Source of the DNA: Verrucomicrobiota bacterium
GTDB taxonomy: Bacteria; Verrucomicrobiota; Verrucomicrobiia; Limisphaerales; CANJSG01
DNA: 57,466 bases
NCBI GenBank assembly: GCA_038209745.1
Contig: JBBQXJ010000022.1
Location: forward strand, 1 to 57,466
Reading direction: 5' to 3'
Shown here: piece after piece, positions 8,234 to 18,582 of the stretch
Layout: the number at the start of each line of letters is the position of its first letter
How positions within the stretch are numbered: the first letter of the stretch is position 1
Position numbers and translations under genes: made by a program
Notes under the pieces: generated by a model
Database searches by the model: none
What the model was told of the DNA's origin: nothing
What the model saw: only the letters and a program-made list of their open reading frames with translations

Positions 8234-11200
8234 TCAACGAGCCAACCTGAAGAACATCATGCTTCCCGTCGTGGAATTCGTGACCACGTTCTCTTCGCCA
8301 ATCACAACAGGGGCCGGATTGGTAATCGCCGACCAACCTTCTCCCCCGAGAACATCGGTGGCGGCTTCCAGGAGGAATCCTGTGGCCCAGGTCGGCCAAG
8401 TCACGATCGCGTCGGATCCGGAGGCGCTGATCTTCAGGGTCGGTTGTTCGATCTCGGAGCGGAGGTTCAAGATCCAGCCACCACCGATCCCACCCTGGTC
8501 GCCCGACGTATGGTCGTTCACGTAGAGTGACCAGACGCCATTGGCCTGGGTGCCATTGAAGTCCCAGAGATGGGTCGAGTAAGGGCCCGCAGGCGCCGGG
8601 GAAGGCAGATCCGCCGTCGCATCCCAATCGGCCGGGATGTAGGTCCCGCTCCGGAGGAATCCGCGCGGCACGGGGGCGCTGGCCGATGAGCGGAACGTCA
8701 GATTGAGACCCGACACGGAATTGCCGGCACCCGCATCGGACATCAGCATCACCTTTTTTCCATCCGGGCCGACCAGAAGCACGTCCACATCCTTGGGGAA
8801 GGAGTGGCTGAAACCGAGGAGCGTTACGGACACGTAGCCGATCGAGTTTGTCACCCCCGATACCGTGATCGTCGAAGGATACGGCGAGGCAGCTCCAAAT
8901 TGCGGGATGGAGATCGGGAGCGGATTCTCGGTAACACCCTCGGGCAGGCCCACCGTCGCGGAGGCTTGGGCGAAGTTGTTTGCCGAATTCGGGTCATTGT
9001 CCTGCGACGTCACACTGGCCGAATAGGAGAACGATCCCAGGATTGTCGGAACAGCGGTCACCTGCATGGAGGCGGACGACTTGAGCGGCATCGGTCCAAC
9101 AGACCAGATGATCTGGTTGCCGGACATCCTATACGTTCCGGTCGACACCGAGACAGATTGAACTCCCACGAGATCGGGAACGGTGTTTGTCACAAAGGCG
9201 GCGGTCGCATTGGTGGGTCCGATGTTGGTGACCAGGGTCGATACGATAAAGGCGTTATCTCGTTTGACCGATGCCGGCAACGCCAAGCTGACGGCCAGAT
9301 CGTTCACGAAATTGTTGCCCAAGAACACCTCCAGGCTCCATCCGCCGAGAATTTCGCCGGCATTGTCGCGAGCATGGTCCGCAACAAACAACTGCCAGGT
9401 TCCGTTCGGATCCACCCCGTTGAAAACCGCGAGTGATGTCGCGTAGGGCGGGGCCGGGGCGATGCCGCCGATCGTAGCGGTATGGACCCCGTAGTCCGTC
9501 GGCCGGTAGGTGCCATTGTTGATGGTCCCCAGCGGAATCACCGGACCGGAATCGTCGAACACAAGGTTCAAGCCACTGATCGATGTCCCGGGGCCCGCAC
9601 TCGACATGAGGATTACTTTTTGGCCAAGCGGCCCAACGAGAAGGATGTCAAGATCCCGGGCGTAGCCGTGGCTCAAGCGGTTGATGCGAACCACCACTTT
9701 GTTGACCACCCCGGACACTCCACTGATAGCCACGGTGGAAGGATAGGGATCCGACACGCCCATCGTCGGGATGAGGATCGCCGTCGGATTCGAAACAAAG
9801 CGGCTCCGGGAGGTCCCGGTGGCTACCACGTTGTTCTCGGGATACGAATCCAGCTCAAGCACCGCGTTTGTGAGGCTGGCTTGGGCGACTGTGACGATGT
9901 CAAGCGGCTGAATCACCTTGGCGATGACCTTGATCGTGGCCATGTCACCGACTTCCATAGCGCCAAGGGCGAAGGTCAAAACCTGCCCGTTGGTCGTGTA
10001 GGTCCCTTGGGAGGCACCGACCTTTTGCAGGCTCAGAGCCGGCGAGAGAGTCTCCGTCAGATTCACTGCGGAGGCGGGATTCGGTCCCCGGTTGGTCACC
10101 GAAATCGAATAGGTCACCAGCTCGTCCGGAAGCACGTTTTCAGGTGTCGCGGTCTGGGTGACTCCAATGTCGGCGACGTTGCGATTGCAGTAGGTGCGGC
10201 GATCCGTGAGCTTGATGCTCCATCCACCCCGGACGTAGCCTCCGCTCGATCCACCACCGAACCGGGAGGATCCCAAGCTGGTATAAAGGAGGAGGCGCCA
10301 TTCACCATTCGGATCTCCCTGGGCCAGCTCGGTCAGCGTCGAGACAAAGCGGGTCGGCAAGACGCCAGGGGGAAGGGTCGCAGGAATCTCGCCCGACAAG
10401 GCACCGGCACCGTTCGGCAGAAACGTCCCGTTGGCCAATCGAGCAATCTTGCCAGCAGCGCTGTCGCTGAAGGTGACGACATAGGTGTTGGTCGAAAAGA
10501 AGCCGCCTAGATTCTGGAACAGGATGACTCCCTGACCGCGGGAGTTCGCCAAGACACCCACCGCCTGCGACGGGACCTCGTGGAAGATGTTGCTCAAAGT
10601 GACGCTGACCCCGGTGACTCTGCCGATCTTTGGATCGGTTTCAAACCCGGAGACCTGCAGGGCCGAGGGGAATGGAAGAGCCGCACCATGGTTCACGAAG
10701 GTGATCTTTCCCGGATTCGCGAACGAGTAGGAATTGGTGAGCTGCAAACCCACAAACATCGGGAAGGACAAGATCCCCTTTTCGATGTCGCCGTCGGTGA
10801 TCTTGAACTGGACCACGAAGTTCGAGCCGCAGGGCGCGTCCGGGCTGACGATGAACGAGAAGCGGTTTGTTCCGGGGATTCCGTTGGTGGACAGCGCGCC
10901 GTAGTCCTTGCTTAGGGTGATCGGCGTCACGAAGGCGTTTGTGAGCATGGTCGCAACCACGTTTGTGGCGTCCAACAGACCCACGTTCTTGAACGAGAAG
11001 TCGAACGTCTCGGTTTCTCCCGAGTCGATGAACCCGTTGTTGAATCCGTTGGTTTCGGAGATGAACGTCGCGAAATCGGTGACGATGATCGGAATCGGCG
11101 ATTCATACATGTTGCAGGCGATGAGCGCGAAATCTTGATCAAGCGGGTCCATGTCGCCGGGGACGCCGTCGGAGTTGATGTTCGCAGCCGTCACAAAGAT

Positions 11201-13588
11201 GGCGACCTCGCCCTTCGTCCCGACCGGAAGAAAGACACTTTCAACGTTGTTGACCGCGTCCGGCGCGCCGTCGGGGGCCGAGAACTCGCCTTTGAAGACG
11301 TTTCCGAGATAGGGGACGCCATTTACGTAGACCTTGAGGTTCAGATCGTTGTTGTAGGCGGCGGCGACCGTGCTGCCGGGCGCATCGCTCCAAGCCAATG
11401 TCACCCGGAAAGGAAGGTTCGTATCCGTGATGTAGCCCGTGTAGAGCCGCCGCTGGCCGGTCGCGGTGAACTTGTTCGTAGAATCCTGGTCCTTGATCAC
11501 GCGATCCTTGTCCTCGAGCGCAGTGCCCAGATTGACCATGCCCATGCCCTGCTCATCGGACCAGAGATCGTCATTGGCGGCCTGGCCCCGCATGTAGCGG
11601 GCGCTGTTCATGATGATGGCTTTGGTGAGGGCCGGACTCGGCGCGTTGCTTCCTAGGTCGCGGAGATGCTGGTAGATCAAAGCGGCAGCGCCGGCGACAG
11701 CAGGCGTCGCCTGGCTTGTGCCCGAGCTGGCGGTGTAAAACTCCTGTCCGGCCGGGAAGAAGATGTTGGTCGCCAAGCCACCACTGACCCCGGAACCGTC
11801 GAAGCAGCTGATGGCCGTGCCGTTGGTGCCCACCTCCGGAGGACCCTGCTGCGCCACGCCGCCACTGATGTGGGTGCCGGGCGCCATGATGTCCGGCTTA
11901 TGGCGGCCGTCGGCCGTCGGACCGCGGCTGGAGAAGAAGACGACATCGTCCGCGTTGTCCGCGTCGAGATCGTCGATGCCGCTATTGTCGGCCCCGCCGA
12001 AGTTCTGGACGCCCTTTGACGCGCCCACGGTGATCACGTTTTTGGCTCCGCCCGGCGAGCCGACCGTTCCGAATTGGAATCCGGCGTTGCCGGCGGCGAA
12101 GACGATGATCATCCCCTGGTTTCCTTTCGTTGCGCCGGGCTTGGCGTCCCGGACCAGGGCGTCATATTCTTGGTCGTCGATCGAGTAGGTTCCCATGGTG
12201 TCCGCGCCCCAACTGTTGGCGGAAACGCGGGCCTTGTTGTCGTAGGCCGCGCCGATCAGCTTGGTGTAGTTCGGAAAGGTGAATTCCTTCGAGTCAAAGA
12301 TGACCGATGATCCGAGCAGGACGCTCGGGGCGACGCCCCGGCCGTAGAAAAAGTCGTCGGAATCCTGATACGGAAACCCGATCCGGTTAGTGACATAGGT
12401 CACGTTGGTGTCGGTCGCGTTGGTGACCATCATCACGAAAGGACCGGCCCAGCCGCCGATGATGTGCGCGTTGATGGTTCCGTGGCCGTCACAGCCCTGC
12501 AGCGTGGTGTTGGTGTTGGGGGTGCCGAAAAGTTGGTTATAAACGACGCGGCTTTTCATGGCCAGATCTCCGCCCGGATACAGGCCGAAGTGGCCCGGGG
12601 TCTGGGTGCCGTTGTCGATGCCGCTGTCCGTGACATCGACCGCGAAGTCGAAGAGCGCGGTGTTGGTGAAGCCCTTGGTGGCCAACCAGTCGTAGTAGTT
12701 GGTTTTCTGGGGAACGACCGGGCCGTTGGTGTCGATGTTGCCGGAAATGATCAACGACTGGCGCTCCCCGAGCATTTTGGGAACGACATATGGCATCACC
12801 GAGATGACCTCGGGGCGGGCGGCCAGGGCGGCGGCGGCGGCGGGGGTCATTGGTAGGGTCAGGTTGCGATAGTGGAGGACGACCGAATCGCGCAGCACGG
12901 GCCCGGTTCGGATCTGATCGACCAAGGCCATGGTGGCCAGATTAGCCGCAGGATCGTCCACCATCTGGACCGCGTAGTAGGGGGTGGCCGGCACCGGATC
13001 GCCCGCAGCCGTGCGTGCCATCGGCATCGAGCTCAACTTGTATGCCGACAAAAGCTCGCCCTGCCATTGGACCGGGGAGGCGGCTCCGGCGACGGCGGTC
13101 TGGCCGACACCGAACGAGGCGGGTTCTCCGTAGACCAAATACGTGTTCTCCGGAACGTAGGAGATGATCTGTCCGCCCCGATTGCGGATATCATCGGCCC
13201 ACGCCCCCTTGATCGGTCCGACAAACTGCACGAGGAACAATCGCTTGCCCGGTTCATTGCTCGAAGCGGCACGCGCCGCCAGTCGCGTTGAGGTGTCGAC
13301 AACCCCGGCGTTCAGCCGGATCAGGTGGGAATCGACGATTTCCTGGGCGCTTTTCGACGGATTGGGGGAAGCCGCATCGACTTCAATCAATTGGAAACCG
13401 CCGTAGTCCTCCACGACCCGTCCTCCGCTTCCGACCAGCTTGGCGGCCTCTGAAGAATCATCGACCTTGAGAAGCTTCTTTCCCGGCTCCGCAGCCTGCA
13501 TCCCTACGGCCAACTGGAACGTTGCAAGCACCCCCAGAAAGGCGACCACCAACCGAGGGCTGGTCCAACGAAGAACATTTCGGATCAT
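8234..13588 (-). CDS. Large secreted S8 (subtilisin, KP-43-like) serine protease with P-domains and DUF11 repeats
   Basis: Catalytic triad VTDSG / GHGT / SGTSQATP, oxyanion FAAGN; about three proprotein-convertase P-like domains (NGxWxL) alternating with two DUF11-like units (VTNxGP); 1784 aa. Confidence 0.92.
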   Translation of the reverse strand: MIRNVLRWTSPRLVVAFLGVLATFQLAVGMQAAEPGKKLLKVDDSSEAAKLVGSGGRVVEDYGGFQLIEVDAASPNPSKSAQEIVDSHLIRLNAGVVDTSTRLAARAASSNEPGKRLFLVQFVGPIKGAWADDIRNRGGQIISYVPENTYLVYGEPASFGVGQTAVAGAASPVQWQGELLSAYKLSSMPMARTAAGDPVPATPYYAVQMVDDPAANLATMALVDQIRTGPVLRDSVVLHYRNLTLPMTPAAAAALAARPEVISVMPYVVPKMLGERQSLIISGNIDTNGPVVPQKTNYYDWLATKGFTNTALFDFAVDVTDSGIDNGTQTPGHFGLYPGGDLAMKSRVVYNQLFGTPNTNTTLQGCDGHGTINAHIIGGWAGPFVMMVTNATDTNVTYVTNRIGFPYQDSDDFFYGRGVAPSVLLGSSVIFDSKEFTFPNYTKLIGAAYDNKARVSANSWGADTMGTYSIDDQEYDALVRDAKPGATKGNQGMIIVFAAGNAGFQFGTVGSPGGAKNVITVGASKGVQNFGGADNSGIDDLDADNADDVVFFSSRGPTADGRHKPDIMAPGTHISGGVAQQGPPEVGTNGTAISCFDGSGVSGGLATNIFFPAGQEFYTASSGTSQATPAVAGAAALIYQHLRDLGSNAPSPALTKAIIMNSARYMRGQAANDDLWSDEQGMGMVNLGTALEDKDRVIKDQDSTNKFTATGQRRLYTGYITDTNLPFRVTLAWSDAPGSTVAAAYNNDLNLKVYVNGVPYLGNVFKGEFSAPDGAPDAVNNVESVFLPVGTKGEVAIFVTAANINSDGVPGDMDPLDQDFALIACNMYESPIPIIVTDFATFISETNGFNNGFIDSGETETFDFSFKNVGLLDATNVVATMLTNAFVTPITLSKDYGALSTNGIPGTNRFSFIVSPDAPCGSNFVVQFKITDGDIEKGILSFPMFVGLQLTNSYSFANPGKITFVNHGAALPFPSALQVSGFETDPKIGRVTGVSVTLSNIFHEVPSQAVGVLANSRGQGVILFQNLGGFFSTNTYVVTFSDSAAGKIARLANGTFLPNGAGALSGEIPATLPPGVLPTRFVSTLTELAQGDPNGEWRLLLYTSLGSSRFGGGSSGGYVRGGWSIKLTDRRTYCNRNVADIGVTQTATPENVLPDELVTYSISVTNRGPNPASAVNLTETLSPALSLQKVGASQGTYTTNGQVLTFALGAMEVGDMATIKVIAKVIQPLDIVTVAQASLTNAVLELDSYPENNVVATGTSRSRFVSNPTAILIPTMGVSDPYPSTVAISGVSGVVNKVVVRINRLSHGYARDLDILLVGPLGQKVILMSSAGPGTSISGLNLVFDDSGPVIPLGTINNGTYRPTDYGVHTATIGGIAPAPPYATSLAVFNGVDPNGTWQLFVADHARDNAGEILGGWSLEVFLGNNFVNDLAVSLALPASVKRDNAFIVSTLVTNIGPTNATAAFVTNTVPDLVGVQSVSVSTGTYRMSGNQIIWSVGPMPLKSSASMQVTAVPTILGSFSYSASVTSQDNDPNSANNFAQASATVGLPEGVTENPLPISIPQFGAASPYPSTITVSGVTNSIGYVSVTLLGFSHSFPKDVDVLLVGPDGKKVMLMSDAGAGNSVSGLNLTFRSSASAPVPRGFLRSGTYIPADWDATADLPSPAPAGPYSTHLWDFNGTQANGVWSLYVNDHTSGDQGGIGGGWILNLRSEIEQPTLKISASGSDAIVTWPTWATGFLLEAATDVLGGEGWSAITNPAPVVIGEENVVTNSTTGSMMFFRLAR

Positions 13589-13925
13589 AAAAGCGTGAAG
13601 ACGACAGGGGTTACAACAGGATCGGAACCAGCAGCACCAGCTCCCAAGCCACAGTTCCTACTAATACGTTCCCCTGCGCCTTGGGCAAGGCACACAGAGA
13701 GATGGTCAGGCGGCTCGTTTCCACAAAGTTGACGCGTTCCTCAAGCGACCGGACGAGGTTGGCTTGGAGTTTGGTGATAGGGGTTCTAACGAAAACGCTT
13801 TTCCGTTGGCAAGGGAATAGACTTGTCCCTCGCACTGCCCGCTCATCCGACTCGGAGCGGGCCTTTCCTTTTGACGCCCCCCTGCCTTGCCTTTAGCGTC
13901 GCCACCCGCTCCACTGCGGACAGTT

Positions 13926-16900
13926 ATGCTCGGAACGATTTTGAAGAAGATCCTTGGGTCAAAAAACGACCGCGAGGTGCGAAAAATTCGGCCCATGGTC
14001 GGCCGGATCAACGAGATTGAGGCCCAGCTTCAATCCCAACCGGCCCACGTCCTCCAGGACAAGACAGCCGCATGGAAGGAGAAATTCGCCAAGATCGAGG
14101 ACCTTGCGGAGCTCAAGAAGGAGCTGGACGCCATCCTTCCAGAGGCGTTCGCCGTGGTAAAAAACGCCTGCCGACGCATTGTCGGCACCAAGGCCAACGT
14201 GCGGGGCCACGATCTGACGTGGGAAATGGTCCCGTTCGACGTCCAGTTGATCGGCGGACACTCCCTCCATACCGGACACATCGCCGAAATGGCGACCGGT
14301 GAGGGTAAGACGCTCGTTGGAACCCTGCCCGTCTACCTGAACGCACTGACCGGCCGAGGCGTCCATGTGGTCACTGTCAACGACTACCTCGCCGCCCGCG
14401 ATTCCGAATGGATGGGCCATCTCTACCAATATTTGGGCCTGACCGTCGGGTGTATTCTGAACAACCAACCTCCCCAGGTTCGCAGGCAGATGTATGGCTG
14501 CGACATCACCTACGGAACGAATTCCGAGTTTGGCTTCGACTACCTTCGCGACAATGGCATGGCCTCCCGCAAAGAGGAGCAGGTCCAGCGGGGGCATTAC
14601 TTCGCCATCGTGGACGAGGTGGACTCCATCCTGATCGACGAGGCCCGGACCCCGCTCATCATCTCCGGCCCGGCCGTCATCAACGTGAACAACCAGTATG
14701 ACAAGTTCAAGCCGGTCGTGGAGTCGCTGGTCCGGGCCCAAGAAAAGCTCTGCCAACGGTTTCTGGACGAGGCCGGCGATCTCATCAAGAAACTGCACCC
14801 TTCCGACGGCTCGAATCCCAAGAACCGGGACGAGCTTGAGCGAGAGATTGGACTCCACCTTTTCCGCGTAAAAACGGGAGCACCCCGCAGTACTGGCCTT
14901 CTCCACGTCTTGGAGAACCCCGAGAACATCAAATTGATGAACAAGGCAGAGCTCTCCTGCCATGCCGACCAGTCCAAAAAGGAACTCTACGAACAGAAGG
15001 AGCATCTCTTCTATGCGATGGACGAGAAGAGCCACGAAGCCGATTTGACCGAAAAGGGACGCGAGTTCCTCAGTCCGAACGATCCGGATGCCTTCATGCT
15101 TCCGGACCTCATCAGCGCCTATCACGAGCTGGACGCCCGGCAGGATCTGGATTTGAAGCAGCGGATGGACGAAAAGACCAAGCTCCAAGGTGCTTTCGAA
15201 ACCCGCGCGCAGGCGATCCACTCCCTTTCCCAGCTGCTCAAGGCGTACAGCCTTTACCAGAAAGACGTCCAATACGTCGTCCAGGACAACAAGGTCATCA
15301 TCGTCGATGAAAACACCGGCCGTCTCATGACCGGCCGGCGTTGGAGCGACGGCCTCCATCAAGCAGTTGAGGCCAAAGAAGACGTCGAGATCGAGCGGGA
15401 GACCCAGACCTACGCCACGATCACGATCCAGAACTACTTCCGGCTCTATCACAAACTGGCGGGCATGACCGGCACGGCCGAGACCGAGGCCCAGGAGTTC
15501 TTCGACATCTACAAGCTCGGCGTCCTCACCATTCCGACCAACCGGCCCAACATCCGGAAGGACAAGAACGACTCGGTCTACAAGACCAAGCGCGAAAAAT
15601 TCAACGCTGTGGTCAAGGAGATCAAAGAAATCCACGCCCTGGGGCGGCCGATCCTTTGCGGCACCGCCAGCGTCGAGGCCAGCGAACACCTCGCCCGTCT
15701 CCTGAAGAAAGAGGGCCTCATCCACTCCGTCCTCAACGCCAAGTTCCACGAGCAGGAAGCCGAGATCATCACCCGCGCCGGGCAGCGCGGCGGCATCACC
15801 ATCGCGACGAACATGGCCGGCCGCGGCACCGACATCAAACTCGGCGCCGGCGTCGCCGACTCGGGCGGCCTCCACGTCCTCGGAACCGAGCGCCACGAAT
15901 CCCGCCGGATCGACCGCCAGCTGCGCGGCCGTTGCTCTCGTCAGGGCGACCCCGGTTCCAGCCACTTCTTCATCTCGCTGGAGGACGACCTCATGCGCCT
16001 CTTCGGCTCCGACCGGATCGTCAAGGTCATGGAGCGCGTCGGCCTCGAAGAAGGCCAGGAGCTCGAGCACTTCATGCTCAACAAGTCCATCGAGCAGGCC
16101 CAGAAACGCGTCGAGGGACACAACTTCCAGATCCGCAAGCGCACGCTCGAATATGACGACGTGATGAACAAGCAGCGGGAGATCGTCTACGGCTTCCGCA
16201 ACGAGATCATCCAGGGCGACGATCCTCGCGACCGGCTGATGGACATCATGGAGGAGGTCGTCCTCCACAAGGTCGAGAGCCACTCCGCCCCCGACACCGA
16301 TGTCGCGGAATGGAACCTCCGCGGCCTCTCCGACTGGGTGAACATGACTTTCCCACTTGGAATCTCGGAGGAAGAGATCCTCAAGATCGCCAAGACCAGC
16401 GATGAAAAGCCGCAGTCCGGCTCCCTTTACGACGGGCTTAGTCCTTCCCAGTTCGCGGTCGTAACCCACATTTCCGACGAGGTCCGCGAATCCTACGAAC
16501 TAAAGATCAGCTTCGAGAATCCGGAGGCCCTCGTGCAGATCGAGCGCTACACCATCCTCAGCGCCATCGACAAGCTCTGGCAGGAGCACCTCTACGGCAT
16601 GGACAGCCTGCGGAACTCCATCGGACTCCGGGCCTACGGCCAGCGCGATCCGCTGCTGGAATACAAGGCCGAAGCCTACAAGGTCTTCGAGGAGCTCATG
16701 GTCGGCATCAAGTCCGAGATCTGCGGCAACATCTTCCGCAGCGCCTCCAGCCTCATGGCCTTCGAGCAGTTCCTCCAGAACCTGCCCAAGCGGGCCAGTC
16801 ACCAGGAAGCCAGCGCCTTCGATTCCCAAGCGCCCGCCGCCGGCGGGTCGGGCTCCGAAATGGTGACCGAAGCCAACGAAAACTTGTCCAAAGCCAAGCC

Positions 16901-16985
16901 CGTCCGCAGTGGTCCAAAAGTCGGCCGCAACGATCCCTGCCCTTGCCGCAGCGGCAAGAAATACAAGAACTGCTGCGGCAAATAG
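13926..16985 (+). CDS. secA: Preprotein translocase ATPase SecA
   Basis: MATGEGKT, DEVDSILIDEARTPLIISG, ATNMAGRGTDI, QLRGRCSRQGDPG; C-terminal SEC-C motif GRNDPCPCRSGKKYKNCCG. Confidence 0.99.
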   Translation: MLGTILKKILGSKNDREVRKIRPMVGRINEIEAQLQSQPAHVLQDKTAAWKEKFAKIEDLAELKKELDAILPEAFAVVKNACRRIVGTKANVRGHDLTWEMVPFDVQLIGGHSLHTGHIAEMATGEGKTLVGTLPVYLNALTGRGVHVVTVNDYLAARDSEWMGHLYQYLGLTVGCILNNQPPQVRRQMYGCDITYGTNSEFGFDYLRDNGMASRKEEQVQRGHYFAIVDEVDSILIDEARTPLIISGPAVINVNNQYDKFKPVVESLVRAQEKLCQRFLDEAGDLIKKLHPSDGSNPKNRDELEREIGLHLFRVKTGAPRSTGLLHVLENPENIKLMNKAELSCHADQSKKELYEQKEHLFYAMDEKSHEADLTEKGREFLSPNDPDAFMLPDLISAYHELDARQDLDLKQRMDEKTKLQGAFETRAQAIHSLSQLLKAYSLYQKDVQYVVQDNKVIIVDENTGRLMTGRRWSDGLHQAVEAKEDVEIERETQTYATITIQNYFRLYHKLAGMTGTAETEAQEFFDIYKLGVLTIPTNRPNIRKDKNDSVYKTKREKFNAVVKEIKEIHALGRPILCGTASVEASEHLARLLKKEGLIHSVLNAKFHEQEAEIITRAGQRGGITIATNMAGRGTDIKLGAGVADSGGLHVLGTERHESRRIDRQLRGRCSRQGDPGSSHFFISLEDDLMRLFGSDRIVKVMERVGLEEGQELEHFMLNKSIEQAQKRVEGHNFQIRKRTLEYDDVMNKQREIVYGFRNEIIQGDDPRDRLMDIMEEVVLHKVESHSAPDTDVAEWNLRGLSDWVNMTFPLGISEEEILKIAKTSDEKPQSGSLYDGLSPSQFAVVTHISDEVRESYELKISFENPEALVQIERYTILSAIDKLWQEHLYGMDSLRNSIGLRAYGQRDPLLEYKAEAYKVFEELMVGIKSEICGNIFRSASSLMAFEQFLQNLPKRASHQEASAFDSQAPAAGGSGSEMVTEANENLSKAKPVRSGPKVGRNDPCPCRSGKKYKNCCGK

Positions 16986-17015
16986 TCCGACGATCCGGCC
17001 GCAGGTCCGAGTGCA

Positions 17016-17945
17016 TCAAGGCGACGCCACCCAGCGTCGCCTTTTCCTTTTCACGCCGCGCGGCTTTCCTTTCCGACCGATCCAGCCTTTGCGCAGGAAG
17101 AAGACGCCGAGGGCAAAGGCGATCCCGAAACAGATCACCCAGAACATGGCGTAGGTGTATTTTCAGTGGAGTTCCGGCAGCGGGTCGGAGTTCATCCTGT
17201 AGACCTCGCCCATGAAGGTGATCGGCATGAAGAAACTCGCCGTGATGGTCCGCACCTTCACGGCTTCGGACATGCGACTGGACACGACCGACATGTCGAG
17301 ATCGTTCCGACTCGCCGCCATTTCCCGGCACGAATCCCCGCTGTCCATCACCTGCATGGTGGGATCGGCCACGCCCCGAAGACCGGCCTTCACGCCGGGC
17401 CAAATCCCGTCCGTGTCGTCAGGATACAGGGCGTTCAAAACCTCGCGTAGGGCCACACCCAAGGTCGAAGCATGACGAGCTGGCGCTTGAGCGAATGGAG
17501 TCGGCGCTGCAACTGCGGTGTCGGATTTTTCGCGATCTCCCGCTCCAACTCCTCCAGTCGGTCGCCGTCGTTCTCCAAAATAGGAGAACACGGAACCATT
17601 ACCGGATCGTGCAGCGCGTAGAGCAAAACAGAGACGTCGGGCGTGCGCAGCCGCGACGCGGGTTTCTGCGGCCACAGCCGAATCGGATCCCCGACATCGC
17701 TGGCGCGCTCCTCCAGCGTGAGCCAAGCGTCCTCGAACAAGAAGAAGCTCAACCTGCTCCTTGGACAGAGGCTGGTCATGGAGAATGGGCATACGCGCGA
17801 CCACCAACAGATGCCCTTCGCAATGTCTCCAGCTTGAGCCGCTGTGGCGGGGAGCACGTCCTCGTCCGCCAACGCATGAAATCATACTATCGCCGCAGCA
17901 GTGCACCCCATGCGAATGGAGCCCGTGGACGTTCAGCCAGCGCAG
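17016..17945 (-). pseudogene. corA: CorA-family Mg/Co transporter pseudogene
   Basis: CorA segments split across frames (WLNVHGLH; HLLVVARM; LEELEREI..LHSLKRQLVMLR; FFMPITFMGEVYRMNS.PELH*KY). GMN motif mutated to RMN; TGA at 17163-17165 where Trp is expected. Confidence 0.85.
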
Positions 17946-18227
17946 CCGGGCTCATGACCCGCAGACTGGATTCAGATCCTCACCGAGCCGCACGTTGCAG
18001 GCATTCGCAACATTCTCGTTCGCGTTTAAAAATCCCCAATTCCCTCGGAGGCCACCGCTGCCCAAGAACGCCCGCCCACCTCGAAATGGAAGCACCATGG
18101 ATTTTCGCCCCCGCCGACGCTCTTGTTTCACTGGAAAAGAAGTGACTGGAAAACAACCGGAACTCGGGTCATATACCCACGGGCAATCTCCAAGAGACAA
18201 TCAAACGAACCCCAAATCCCATCTCCC

Positions 18228-18422
18228 ATGAATTCCAAATCAGTTTTCTCGATCAAGATCGCAGCAACCACCCTTGCGGTCGCGGCCACGGCCCTGCTGC
18301 TCGTCGCGTGCGGCAAGAAAGAAGAGCCGATGACTGATTCTTCCGCCTCAATGGCGGATACCAACATGGTTCCTCCCGCCGCAGGCGATGGCGCGCATCC
18401 CATGGGCCGCGGCTCCAAGTAA
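18228..18422 (+). CDS. Small lipoprotein (64 aa)
   Basis: Signal peptide with lipobox LVAC followed by GKKEE and a low-complexity tail. Confidence 0.7.
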   Translation: MNSKSVFSIKIAATTLAVAATALLLVACGKKEEPMTDSSASMADTNMVPPAAGDGAHPMGRGSK

Positions 18423-18582
18423 CAACTCTGGTTCCTGGCCCAAGACAACGGATCGTCTTGGCGAACCGCCCGGAATCGAGCCGGACAGTGCGTGGCCCGG
18501 TCAAAGGAGACCCACGGCTCTTCCAGGATCCGAGCCCTTGATCGGGCCGCCGCACTTCACACCGCCCCAAATGCGCACCGAT

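Noticed and set aside
14181..14190. GTCGGCACCA matching the tRNA-Leu 3' end as a possible att site
   Set aside because: Only 10 bp, inside secA and upstream of the tRNA; chance match.
13959..16469. 836-aa antisense ORF over secA (and similar long antisense ORFs at 1117, 22519, 30135, 35211, 39106, 44828)
   Set aside because: Stop-poor shadow frames caused by high-GC codon bias; no recognisable motifs.
17163..17165. In-frame TGA in corA as recoding (Sec or Trp)
   Set aside because: The gene also has frameshifts and a mutated GMN motif, and TGA is a normal stop throughout the window.
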